Shown: positions 36,309 through 47,700 of the stretch, one piece after another
How the letters are laid out: every line of letters starts with the position of its first letter
Position numbering within the stretch: the first letter of the stretch is position 1
Assembly: GCA_032718475.1 (NCBI GenBank)
Contig: JAUCBJ010007173.1
Coordinates: 1-64,000 of the forward strand
Source: Nemertoderma westbladi
Lineage: Eukaryota; Animalia; Xenacoelomorpha
DNA length: 64,000 nucleotides
Direction: 5' to 3'
Position numbers and translations under genes: made by a program
The notes under the pieces: model-generated
What the model was told of the DNA's origin: nothing
The model's input: only the letters and a program-made list of their open reading frames with translations
Databases searched by the model: none

Positions 36309-36700
36309 TAACTTAACCAAAACATAGATTCGAGGTTCTTTCTTCTGTCACTCTTCAAAAACTATAATAACGACCCCAGAGATTTAGTGTTTATAAATTC
36401 GCAATTAATTTATTATTGTACCGGTACCTGTGATTAAAAGTTAAAGCCGTTATATTCTAGTGAATCCAGGTAGGGGGACTTTCGACGCAATTAAAATTCA
36501 TCACTCTCCAGGGGAAATTCGACGCAAATAACAGCTGATTACTCTAATGTTAGATTGATTTACGTTGTTAGATTGACATTAGTTTATTGTTTTGGTTCGA
36601 ATAACGCGCCACTGTAACCTGCTCCTTTCCTATTCCTATATATTACATATTGTTACAGTCTGCTCCGTGACTCACACTGGTTTACTTTCTCCCCCTCCAG

Positions 36701-37238
36701 GCCCTCCAGGTAAGGCCCATTTCCACCCTACGACGCCCCATGGCGTTGGCCCCGGCAACCCGAACCCACTGCGCCCTGCACCGCCTCCACCAACCCCAAG
36801 CGACCCCCTAATCCTCATAGAATCGGTTACCAAACTCCTGGAACACATCGACGCCCGGGTCATCAACGCCTGGATCGGACGTTCCAACACCAAAGCCCAG
36901 TTCCTCAACGACTGGTGCAAACGCGGCGCCAACTTCGTCACCTTCGCCAACTTCTGGTTGTCCGAGTTCCCCGCCAAACAGCGGGTCGAACTGCTCAACC
37001 TCGAGTTCACCATCCTCGTAGACGAGGTCCAGTACTCGTGTCGCTCCGGGTTCACCCTCGACCAGCTCACCAACCAACACGTCTTCAACCTTCTCGCCGT
37101 CGCCTACCGCGAGTTTACCTCTCGGATCCTCGACCTCAGGGTCGGGCCCCACTACTTCCTCAACGTCCTCGACATCGTGAGCGGCTCGCGGGACGAACGA
37201 TACAAGAAGTTGCTTACAGATGTTTCTTATAGAACCAA
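36701..37238 (+). CDS. ankyrin-repeat gene, coding exon 2 (helical domain of unknown family); alternative in-phase acceptor at 36659
   Basis: GC-rich coding-like sequence (LLEHIDARVINAW..FVTFANFWLSEFP..YKKLLTDV); acceptor ctccag ends at 36700; phase-2 donor gttagt at 37239. Confidence 0.8.
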
Positions 37239-37715
37239 GTTAGTAGAAAAGGTTACCCGATAGAATCCATCGAAACACATTTAATTCATATTTACTTTTA
37301 ACGGGTTGTTTTTTTACTTAAATTCCTTTTACCTATTTTTTTTAAGAGTTCTGGAACATTTGAATTTTTCACTGCAAGAACCTACATCTTATTTAAAGGA
37401 TAATAATTAAGCAACAAAATAGTACCGGTACCAATTTAATAATAAACTTACGTATTACATGGGAAGAAAAACGTAGACCATTTTATTTACCGCGCGCTAT
37501 CGGAGTTAATTAAAAATTAAAAAATAATTAAAATTAATAAATTAAAATATTTATAAAATAAATAAAATAATATAAAATATTTATAAATAAAATAATTAAA
37601 ATAATTAAAAAATATACTATATATTTATTTACCCTGGTAATAAATACTTATTAATATATTTATTTAATTAAAAATTTAAAAAGTAGTAATTTGCGAATGA
37701 TTATCCCTTAATAAT

Positions 37716-37790
37716 GGAACGGGGCTCGAACCTACAACCAATAGAATTCGGGCCCGGCGCTCAACCAACTGAGCTACCTGTTTATCCAGG
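37716..37790 (-). mobile_element. tRNA-derived SINE head or tRNA pseudogene
   Basis: A box tagctcagttgg and B box ggttcgagccc at tRNA spacing; poor anticodon and acceptor stems. Confidence 0.6.
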
Positions 37791-37847
37791 ATATTTAGAT
37801 TTCTTCGCTGATTTGGAGCCCTAGCAAAGCCTCCCCATTTGTTTTAG

Positions 37848-38013
37848 GAACCGGACTCACATTCAATATATTCTGGCCACTCGATCATTGGCCCTGGTTG
37901 GAGTTTGCCATGCTGCCGTGGAATTCTTTATAAAGTTCCAACTGCAACAAGGAGTCGACACCTGTAAACTCCAGATTCCCAAAGGATATCCCTTGTATGG
38001 TTCCATCGATAAG
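37848..38013 (+). CDS. ankyrin-repeat gene, coding exon 3
   Basis: Acceptor gttttag, phase 2; reads (K)NRTHIQYILATRSLALVGVCHAAVEFF..SIDK; phase-0 donor gtaact. Confidence 0.8.
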
Positions 38014-38880
38014 GTAACTTATAGGTTCTGGGTCTAATTGTTTATTACATTGGATGAAAATTTGCAAAAAATATAGTTTTAGTCAATTACAACGTTAACT
38101 TCTTCATTTTTAAGTGGTTTTATTTTTGTTGGAAAATTGCTCATTTCCTTAGTTAAACAGAAAGTTGTTTGCCCAGGTCCCCCACCGGCTGTATAATGTG
38201 GAATAAATTAATGGAGGTATGGTGGGGGGGGGGGGGGGGGGGGGGGTTGGGATCTTTAACATGTAATCACACCCCCCCCCCCCCCCCCATTTCCATCCAA
38301 TTTCCTTATTAACGTACCATTTTTCCCTTCTCTATGATCCTTCTTCTAATATGTTAAATCCATCAAATTTAACTTGATCTCTTTTTTATTAATTTATGAC
38401 CCTAATAGTTTGTTTTTTCATTAATTAATATGGATTTACACTCTACTGTGTTTTCTATGGAAATAAAACAATATGTTGGGTTTAATCCAAATTCAGTTCC
38501 GATCCTACCAAGGAGAAGTTTTAAAATGACAGTAAATGGGAGTTACTCCCGTTCTGTTGTCAACCATTATCGGGACTGGTCGTGGGCCTCGATCTCATCT
38601 TCCTCTAACTCATCTGGGTATTTGACAGCACTCGGCTTATGAATCATATAATGTTTCCTTAGTTAACAGTATTATAAGAATAATAAATGTGGCACGCATT
38701 ACAGATACGGTCAATAAGTCAGTAGAGATCATAGATCATAGGGCAGTGAGAGAAAAATTGGAGTTGGGCGAGGTAGCATTTCCGGAATATTCGATTTCAA
38801 TACGAACCCCCTTCCCCACCCCACCCCCCCTCCACCTTGTCTCAATTTATCATGAAATCTCTGCCCCCCCCCCCCCCCCC

Positions 38881-39016
38881 CCCCCCTAATATATATGAGT
38901 TATTGTATATTCCTACAGGTATGACAGTTACGGGCTGTGCAATGCGTGGAGTTGGGCTTTCCCCCCCCCCCCCCCCCCCCCCCCTAATATATATGAGTTT
39001 TTGTATATTCCTACAG
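38881..39016 (+). repeat. 98-bp tandem duplication of the exon-4 acceptor and exon start
   Basis: ctaatatatatgag..tcctacagGTATG(A/C)CAGTTACGGGCTGTGCAATGCGTGGAGTTGGGCTTT occurs twice, with AG at 38918 and 39016. Confidence 0.9.
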
Positions 39017-39193
39017 GTATGCCAGTTACGGGCTGTGCAATGCGTGGAGTTGGGCTTTCCATCAACTTTACATTATTTGATAAAATCGAGAAAGTTTAAC
39101 CCGTCTACATTTAAAGATGATACGGGAAAGTCTATTATCTTCCTAGCCACTTCCAACCAAGAACACAAGATATTGGACTATTTGTTAACACAG
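39017..39193 (+). CDS. ankyrin-repeat gene, coding exon 4 (first ANK repeat)
   Basis: Acceptor cctacag, phase 0; reads VCQLRAVQ..KDDTGKSIIFLATSNQEHKILDYLLTQ; donor gttggt. Confidence 0.8.
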
Positions 39194-39349
39194 GTTGGTA
39201 CTTTTGTTATTATTGTTTATACATTTTGTTAAAAATATTTTCTATTGTTTTTACACAGTTTGGCGGGAATTATACCTATAATTTGACCTTCGCAAACATG
39301 TAACCCTAACTATGTAAAGTAAACCCAAGTTCCCCAAACTTGGGTTACT

Positions 39350-39445
39350 TGGCTCTTATGGAACTCCCCATAGATACTCGAACTGCACCATCAGTGGATA
39401 GTTTTAAGAAGCGGTTGAAAACCTACTTTATTTGAAAAAGGCGCT
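39350..39445 (+). mobile_element. L2-like LINE ORF2 C-terminal remnant (an L2-type 3' tail also lies at about 51925-51975)
   Basis: Reads LWN..PIDTRTAPSVDSFKKRLKTY; the later tail is agcgccttg..aagcgctttataaat(att)n. Confidence 0.5.
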
Positions 39446-39588
39446 CTTTTTCTCACTAATATTTTTTAAAATTGAGTTAATTAATCTAATTTTTTTCACT
39501 AATTTCCAGAAATTTAGTTAAAAAAAGTATTTTTTTTAACTAATTTTAGCTTTTACTGTACAGGTAGCTCAGACAATTTTCCCTCTGT

Positions 39589-40385
39589 ACTCCTTGTTGC
39601 ATCCGGTCCACCATGTACCATAAACCTTCTCGCAATCACTCCCACACTCCTTGTTGCATCCGGTCCACCATGTACCATAAACCTTCTCGCAATCACTCCC
39701 TCACTCCTTGTTGCATCCGGTCCACCATGTACCATAAACCTTCTCGCAATCACTCCCACACTCCTTGTTGCATCCGGTCCACCATGTACCATAAACCTTC
39801 TCGCAATCACTCCCTCACTCCTTGTTGCATCCGGTCCACCATGTACCATAAACCTTCTCGCAATCACTCCCACACTCCTTGTTGCATCCGGTCCACCATG
39901 TACCATAAACCTTCTCGCAATCACTCCCACACTCCTTGTTGCATCCGGTCCACCATGTACCATAAACCTTCTCGCAATCACTCCCTCACTCCTTGTTGCA
40001 TCCGGTCCACCATGTACCATAAACCTTCTCGCAATCACTCCCACACTCCTTGTTGCATCCGGTCCACCATGTACCATAAACCTTCTCGCAATCACTCCCT
40101 CACTCCTTGTTGCATCTGGTCCACCATGTACCATAAACCTTGCCATCACTCCCACACTCCTTGTTGCATCCGGTCCACCATGTACCATAAACCTTCTCGC
40201 AATCACTCCCTCACTCCTTGTTGCATCCGGTCCACCATGTACCATAAACCTTCTCGCAATCACTCCCACACTCCTTGTTGCATCCGGTCCACCATGTACC
40301 ATAAACCTTCTCGCAATCACTCCCACACTCCTTGTTGCATCCGGTCCACCATGTACCATAAACCTTCTCGCAATCACTCCCACAC
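39589..40385. repeat. 57-bp minisatellite, left block (about 14 units)
   Basis: Unit tccttgttgcatccggtccaccatgtaccataaaccttctcgcaatcactccc(a/t)cac. Confidence 0.97.
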
Positions 40386-41615
40386 TGTTCGCGCTTTTGA
40401 AGACCTTTAGCAGTTTAACCTGCCAAAATTTATATGTCTTTTAGTTAATTAACACACCTTTAGCATACGACAATATTTTATGCTAATAAACAAAACATTA
40501 GCCGAAGCCAGCCCATGCGCGATCATTCACCCGATGGATCTACACCCGGGAGGCTGAATTCGGATGCTTAGATTTTATTATTGCAGTGTAAGGTTGCAGT
40601 GTAAACCTATTGTATTATTCGATAGATCACTAATAATTAATTTCTGACAGATATTATTAACTTTCGGGAAATATTAACAGTTCCTTTAGGACGTGGCGCT
40701 CTATCTATTTAAACAGAGCTAGGACTTATACTAAACGCAACGATAAGGCTTATGATTAAAGTATAAGTCGCATTCTTTAGGAAATGCTTTGTTACCAGTC
40801 ACATCACACTCACAATCATGCACACTATTCTGCCGACCGTCAGTATATTTGATCACACATAAAGAGAACAGCAATTGACTCAGGTAGTGTCTACTAAATA
40901 ACATTAGATTCAATACACACCACATTGATATAAATCGCAATTGTTATATATAGCCCGCCTCTCTAACCTGTAGTGTATCAAGAAAATTGGGAATTTTGGG
41001 TGATTTATCCGTATTCTCCAAAGAGCAATATTTCCATCAACAAATAGATACAATTAATAACTGACGGTAAATAGCAGTACAAACAATATGATTAGTGCAG
41101 TTAAATTAAGTGAGGTAACACCGCCGGTAACAGTTATACTTTCTATAATCTAAGCAGTTTTACTAGAGTTTCTAGAGCCGGTGTTTCTGGCTTAGACAGC
41201 AATAACAACAAAGTATCAAGTAAAAACAGTAAGACTGAACACTCTCCTTATGATCGGCCGAAAAGCTACACGTCGACAGGAAAAAACGCTCTGATTGGCT
41301 CAAGCCAAACAAAGAACCATGCATCCAATGGCTGTTTCCATGTCAGCAACCAGCTGTTAGATGTCGTAATATGAATCATCACGGCTAAGCTGTGAAAGGT
41401 ATTTGGTGCATTGCAGGTTTTTTGCCTTACCATGTCCGCTAAAACACGTATATAGCAGAATGACTTTTATGTCCGTTAAAACACCTGTAACGGTACCTTG
41501 CGGGCGAGGGGAATATATATACAGTTAGAGAACCTTTTTAGAGTATTCCAGCGCCTGGGGGGAAACTGGATTGCGAAGCAAAAGGGGCCAGTTATATCCC
41601 ACAGAAGCTTTTACA
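40386..41615 (-). repeat. 3' LTR (1230 bp)
   Basis: Direct repeat of 49774-51003 at offset 9388; begins tgtaaaagc and ends gcgcgaaca on the minus strand. Confidence 0.95.
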
Positions 41616-41693
41616 CCGCTCCCAGAAAATGGGATTTAAGTCTATAAAATATACAAAATCACAGTTTCTAAAATATAAAAATACTCTAAACAG

Positions 41694-43142
41694 TTAGTCT
41701 TTCTTGCGCGGACGGCGTTTACGCAGTTTTTTAAAGCTAGCAAGAGTCCTTTTCTCTTTGGGGCGAGCCACTTTACGAGGAGGGCTATAACTCCTGGGTG
41801 AAGGGTGCAATATGATTGCATCAGAAGGTATGGGATTGCGATCGGTATATCCGCCGGTCGAAGTACCGGGTTGATTGACATCAACGTCCGGGGAGAGGGG
41901 TCTAACGGCTTTGAGAGCTCGTTTCAAGACAGCCGCTCTTACGGGTCCTTTACGAGTGGTCTGAACGAGGGCCGTGGGTGGACCATAGGCAGTTAGAAAC
42001 TTCCTTGGTTTAATGGTTCTTTCCAACTCGCGTTCGCGGGCTCGGTATTCGTAAGGCCGTCGATATACTTCCTGTAACTCAGGGTGTGAGTTAACAAACA
42101 ATTCTCCATAGTCCGGATCCTGACGGATATGATTGATTAAGTTATAGGAATGAAGGTCGCTAGGATTAACACTCCTGAGAAATTTGCGTACGAATTTGGT
42201 TGAAATACATTCTCCGACGCGCTTCAGTAGCTCGTAACTTGATATGCGTGATTTCTGTTCAACCGAAGCGAATAGATAAGGATGTAACGCATAAACTCTT
42301 TCGTAAGCGCGTCCGGGATAATAGCGATGGCGCGAATCACAATATAAATCAGTGTTCGCTTCCCAAGCTCTGATGTAACGTAGTGTGATCATTTCATCTA
42401 CGCTCTCTAAATCATGATTAAAGGGACAATCAAAGCTGGCGTGTCCTTTTAATTGACAATGATGGCATTGAGTCATAAATTGAGGGCAAACCGCAAAAAT
42501 GTGCAAATTATTAAATCTGCAATACGCGCAATAAATTTCCATCGCCGGTTGTTCGGGGAAATAGGAACAGCGGACGTTTGTGTCCATGGGCGTAACATTG
42601 TCTCTCGATGCGCATAACCGACAACGTTGCCGAGAAACATAGTTGGCATGGCGATAATCGTACGCAGTGAGACACTGTGGACCTTGATACCATTCTAGGA
42701 TGTAATCGTTGTCGCTGTTCCGAGCGCGATAGGCTGAATCTCCTCAGATTCTAGACATATTGGTTCGTCTTCCCAGTCTGTTACGAATAGAATTTTCGTG
42801 ATCTATTCTCATTTTATCGTTACGACGCCGCTGGGTATGATATTTAAATAGAACCATTTCCCTTTCGGTGTCTACATCGTCCGTATCATGTAAATCGATA
42901 GGATGGCCGGTAGTTAAGAAGTCCATATACGTACCATTACGATGCGTATAGCGAGCGGTTAATTTTCGATAGTCCAATTCACGCGTAAGTTGCTCTTGGG
43001 ACATCGGCGGTTCGATATAACGACCATCATCCTCCGTAATAGTCGGATCGGCTTCACCGCTTATCAAGCTATCCACAAACGCTTGCAAAGGTAGAGTATA
43101 TCGCTCTCTAATACCAAGGTCATCTTCTATCAATTCCGTCAT
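41694..43142 (-). CDS. accessory ORF in the env position: zinc-knuckle protein with a basic C-terminus, split by one in-frame TGA (42744-42746)
   Basis: ORFs 42744-43142 and 41694-42587 are in the same frame and the 52 codons between them are open; motifs CAYCRFNNLHIFAVC and CHHCQLKGHASFDC; tail KKLRKRRPRKKD. Confidence 0.7.
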
Positions 43143-44768
43143 ATCTGCTATCTGAGTTTATTAATATCAATATGAGTTAATATTTTAGGCAAGCGGGCGT
43201 CGCTGCCTACTAGACCTTTGCCCCCGGACAGTGGGTTTCTCAGCGCCGATGTACCGCTGTCGCAGTGTTTACGCCAACATGTAGCAACAGCACGACAACG
43301 ATAACCGGCACAAGTCCCACCACTGTCCATCCCAAAAGCTTGAATCCACTTGAGGTTATCTCGGTAGAGTTAGGGCTATTTTACAATTGCGATTAGCTAC
43401 TGTAAACACACTTTAGTAGTAACATTCACCTATAAACGCACAAATTCCATACAATCATTACTTATTGCACACATGCATGCCATTTGTCCGTTAGTCAGTG
43501 TCTTCCAGAATGTCACGTTATTACTATGTATCCTTGGATACTAATAGTGCGCTATGTATACTCTTATGCTACGCAATGGGGCAAGCTTTTATTGGTCCTT
43601 TAACTTGTTTCTAATTCTAGCGTGGGTGTTGCCATGGTGACATTATGGAAAACTAGCGGTAGAATTAGGGCAATCCTCAGGCATACAGATCTGGGATGTT
43701 ATTTAATAGTAATTCTTTAATTGTCAATATCCTCTTTATGCATGATTTTATAAATTTTATCGGCTATTGACTATATGTTGGAGATTCTCACACTCTAGTA
43801 CACTCAATATGAATCTCCGCTCCCATGATCTATTAATTACTGGAATTTTGGGAATGTTATAAATTGTACAAAATGACAATTTATGAAATTCATTTGAATA
43901 TGAATTTAAATTTATTCCCGTGAATTTTATTATTTGATGTTAAATTGACATAAATTTTATTCCAGAGCATATCTGGGGACTTAGGATCCTTAATTCTATA
44001 AAATAGTCCTTCTAAGAATATCGGTAAATACTGCGATATCTTAATTGACTAGAAATTTTAAAGGATCGGGATTTTACAGATTTTAATAAATATTAAATTA
44101 ATATTTAGGATGGGCACCGATTTATTCCAGAACTTGTCTGGGGACGTTAACCACTGATTCTAGAATTTGTCTTTCAAGTATATCGGTGGGTGCCGCGATA
44201 TCTTAATCGACTAGAATTACAGATGGTCAAAAGGTTTAACAGCTTTATTTGCGTTTTACGCTACTGTTAGAGGGACATCACGCTACTATATGTATTATTT
44301 GTTATAAGGTAGAAGAGCAATATCGCACGAAGCAATGTCAGTGTGAAGAGGCAAGTCGTTTCCAAGGTCTACCCAGAGCTTGGTTTAGCCGAGACACGAG
44401 GATCTGAACTTTGCATTCCTAATACTCTGCCTACCAATAATACTTAAATATAGTAGGAGCTTTATTGTACTTTAATAAGTACGGACATTTCATCTTACTG
44501 TAGTCACGTATTTATAATATGATACGGACAGTAAGGAAAGAGAAAAAATAATTATTTCTCGCCGTCGCACTAAATATATATTATAAATAATTACGTACGT
44601 AATAAACCCTAATATATTGCACTAATCTACTAAATAATCCCTAAAATAACATTCTACCAAATAAAATTAAAGAAAACGATTATAATAATATTACATAATA
44701 ATACATACATAAATATAAAATAAAAACAAATATAAAATGATATAGTCACACACCCACTCCATATGTTA

Positions 44769-47700
44769 TTACGTTATGGAGTCCCTAGATATTTGTCGGA
44801 TTAGGGAAGTGGTCGTAGGAAGAGTATCTTGCCTTCCATAGTTTCCGGACAGTTTTTGGTCTCTTTCCAGTAAACATAAACGACCAGCTGGGTGATTGGG
44901 TTGTCGTGTTACTTTCTCCGCTCCCTTGGCCTGTCTAATCTCAGCCGGGTTAAGGTGGGGAGGCCATTCATCTTCTTCTTTACTTAGGGAGTCGGGTCCA
45001 CCTAACCAGCCGGGAGTATCTATCCGTTCTTGAGGAGTCGCTCCTCTGGAAGCGATGTCGGCTAGATTAATCATCTCGGGGCGATGTCTCCATTGATCTT
45101 CATTGGAGTTAATATCGTCATTATCTGAGGAGTATGGTGTTCCCTCAGTTAGTTCGTCCACTTCACTGCTCTCCACTTCCAAACCATTTATCTGGTATAG
45201 TCTTTCTGATGGTAGTCTCTCTTCGAGAGTTCTGCGGGAAGGACCAGTAAAGTACCAACCTACTCTAGTTCTTACCGCATAGGTTTGTAGTGGCTGCGGT
45301 TGAGCAGGTCGTTTTTCCAATGTCTCGAGCGCCTCGTGCGCGTTTTGGCCGATAAGTATTTGCACTCCAGGATAATCCGTCTGGAATCGAGGTATTTTAA
45401 GTTGTTGGATGCTCTTGTCCTCGTTCCAGTTATAAGGCTCTACTTGGGTATTAGCGAAGTTCTTTATAGCTACCATTTTTACTGACCTTATACTTTGTGC
45501 TCCTAATTTATCCTGGGGGGTGGACAACGCACCTACATAGTAATCTGCCGTTATGGTAGATTTCCAAACCTGTATAATTCCTGACATATTCAATTTAGTC
45601 CGGAACTTGGGTTGTCCAGCAAAGATATCTTCGGCTAGTTCTTGATCGATGAATGTTCCTGTGCTGCCGGAGTCAAGTAGGGCGTTCACTATGTAACTCT
45701 TGTTGGGACCATGAACTCGAACTTGCACTACAGGAAATTCTCTTATTCCTATGTTGGAAGTTGGAACTTTCCAAGATGGTTGTTTGTCAAAAGGAGTTGG
45801 AGTAAACTCGTCAGTGTCCTTTTCATCCGTAAGTGCTCGATACACTGTGGTATTTATTAGGTAACAGGATTCGTTGGCGTCGGAGAATTCGTCCGTATAG
45901 AATCCTTCCCACTCAGAACTTTGGTCAGTGTCGTTCACATCACTGAATTGGACATGTGATTTGGGCTCACTTACCTGACTCGGGCTGTTTCGTTCGAATT
46001 CACTTTGTAACAAGATGTGATGCTTCGCACCGCACTTTGCACACTTTATGTCGGAGTAACAGGTTCGCCGCTGGTGTCCGCGTCTGAGGCAATTATAGCA
46101 TAACCGCTTGTCCCACACAACTGTACGTCTGTCTACAAGGGATTTCTTTAGGAATTCCGCACACGCACTCAAACGGTGGGGCCCGTCGCACAGCGCACAG
46201 TTGGGTTTAATGTTACTCACCTTATTTTGGGTGACGTTATGCACTCTAGTTCTTTCTTCGGGCTTTCTTCCGAGTACTCTGTTAGGAAACTGAAGAGGAG
46301 TCTTATCAACCTGTTCTCTCCTGTCATGGGTTCGAGCTTTAGATTTACTTACGTTCTTTGAGGTCTTGTTAACATAGTAAAATTTCTCGGTGTCTTCCTC
46401 GCTGTCTTCTTCTTGAGAAGCTTGGCTTTCGCCGTCATCAGTATAACACACCGGTGTTACTCTTCTCCTAGAAACGGGTTTCTCACTTACCTTATTTTCC
46501 GGTGTTTTCTCTCTGGATTGCTTTAGGAGTTGTAATTTCACTTCGCCATCCAAGAATGACATGAGATCAGCCATGGTAGGGTCTCGTTGTTGTTGTTCCA
46601 TCGTATATAACACCTTCTTGTCCCAGCGTGTACCTACTCCACCCTTGGGCAAAGTAGATGCTAAGGCTCCTACAACCATAGAATTCTGGTATTCATGAGA
46701 CTTACCTAACCAATCTAGTTGTCTACAGATCTCCTGAATCTCATCGGAAAACTCTATAATCCCGCTGCTAAGAAACTTTCGGGGGGCCATTAATTTCGCA
46801 TATAAATACCTAGCTATGTTATTCCTATTACCATACCTGATGTTTAGTGTATCCCAAACTTGTCTTAATCCATCTGGATGTCCAATAAATTTTAACGCCA
46901 TTGACTTGGGAGGTCCTTCCAAGCACTCGATGAGGAATCTAAGTTTCTCTCCGTTGGATAACACAGAGTTCTGTATGTTATCTTTATAATATTCATTAAA
47001 AGGTAACCATTTCATCTCATCTCCATTGAACTTGACTATCTCTCCAACCTTTACCGCTTGACGGGCTTCGGTTCTAGCCATTTGACGCGTAAAACTTTCT
47101 TGGGCCATCGTGTTATTGAATATCGAGTTATCGGTATATAAATTTCTCGAATTATTATCAAGTCTATTGGGAATGTCATTAACAACAGGCGTATAATCAC
47201 CCTTAATAGGGTTTGCTATAGGAGTTTCTACTTCACTAGCAGTATAGATGCGTGTAGGCTCCACACCTTGCGCATGTAATACTTCAGACCTAACAGGCTG
47301 ACACATTGTTACAGGGGTTATTGGTATTCCCTTTTGTAGGTTGACTAATTTGTCGCATTCTAGTGCGATACTTTGCTGCACTTTTTGCAACTCTAACCTA
47401 CTTTCCCTTACTGTTCCCTTGAGCTGCTGAACAGTCTCTTCCATTTCCCTGACCTGCTGAGAGGAGCACAAACAGTGTTCCCTCAGCTGCTCGAGCAGGA
47501 GACCCATCTCCCGTCGTCCCTCAGCTACCCACTCAACCGCCGAAGCGGGAGTCGCCAACGTAGTAGCGGGCGAGCGAGAGACGACGGGCGATAAATTCTT
47601 GATACCTCGCTCGGCGTCCAGGACGGGTTCGGACTCGGGAACAGTCCTACTGGGCACAGGTAGTCTTCTGGTTTGTTTCTTCAAGTAATCTTGTTTCGCC

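Noticed and set aside
36701-36715. 9-nt microexon GCCCTCCAG followed by GTAAGG
   Set aside because: The reading frame and coding-like composition continue for over 500 nt; using this donor would put exon 3 out of phase.
37716-37790. Functional tRNA genes here and at 56172-56235
   Set aside because: A and B boxes are present but acceptor and anticodon stems do not pair properly; better explained as SINE heads.
39553-40410. Long repetitive ORFs on both strands of the 57-bp satellite (also 50959-51546)
   Set aside because: A unit length divisible by 3 with no stop in those frames produces such ORFs automatically; no other coding evidence.
40731-40940. Identical 69-aa ORFs at 40731 and 50119
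   Set aside because: They lie within the two LTRs; identity reflects LTR duplication and no protein motif is recognisable.
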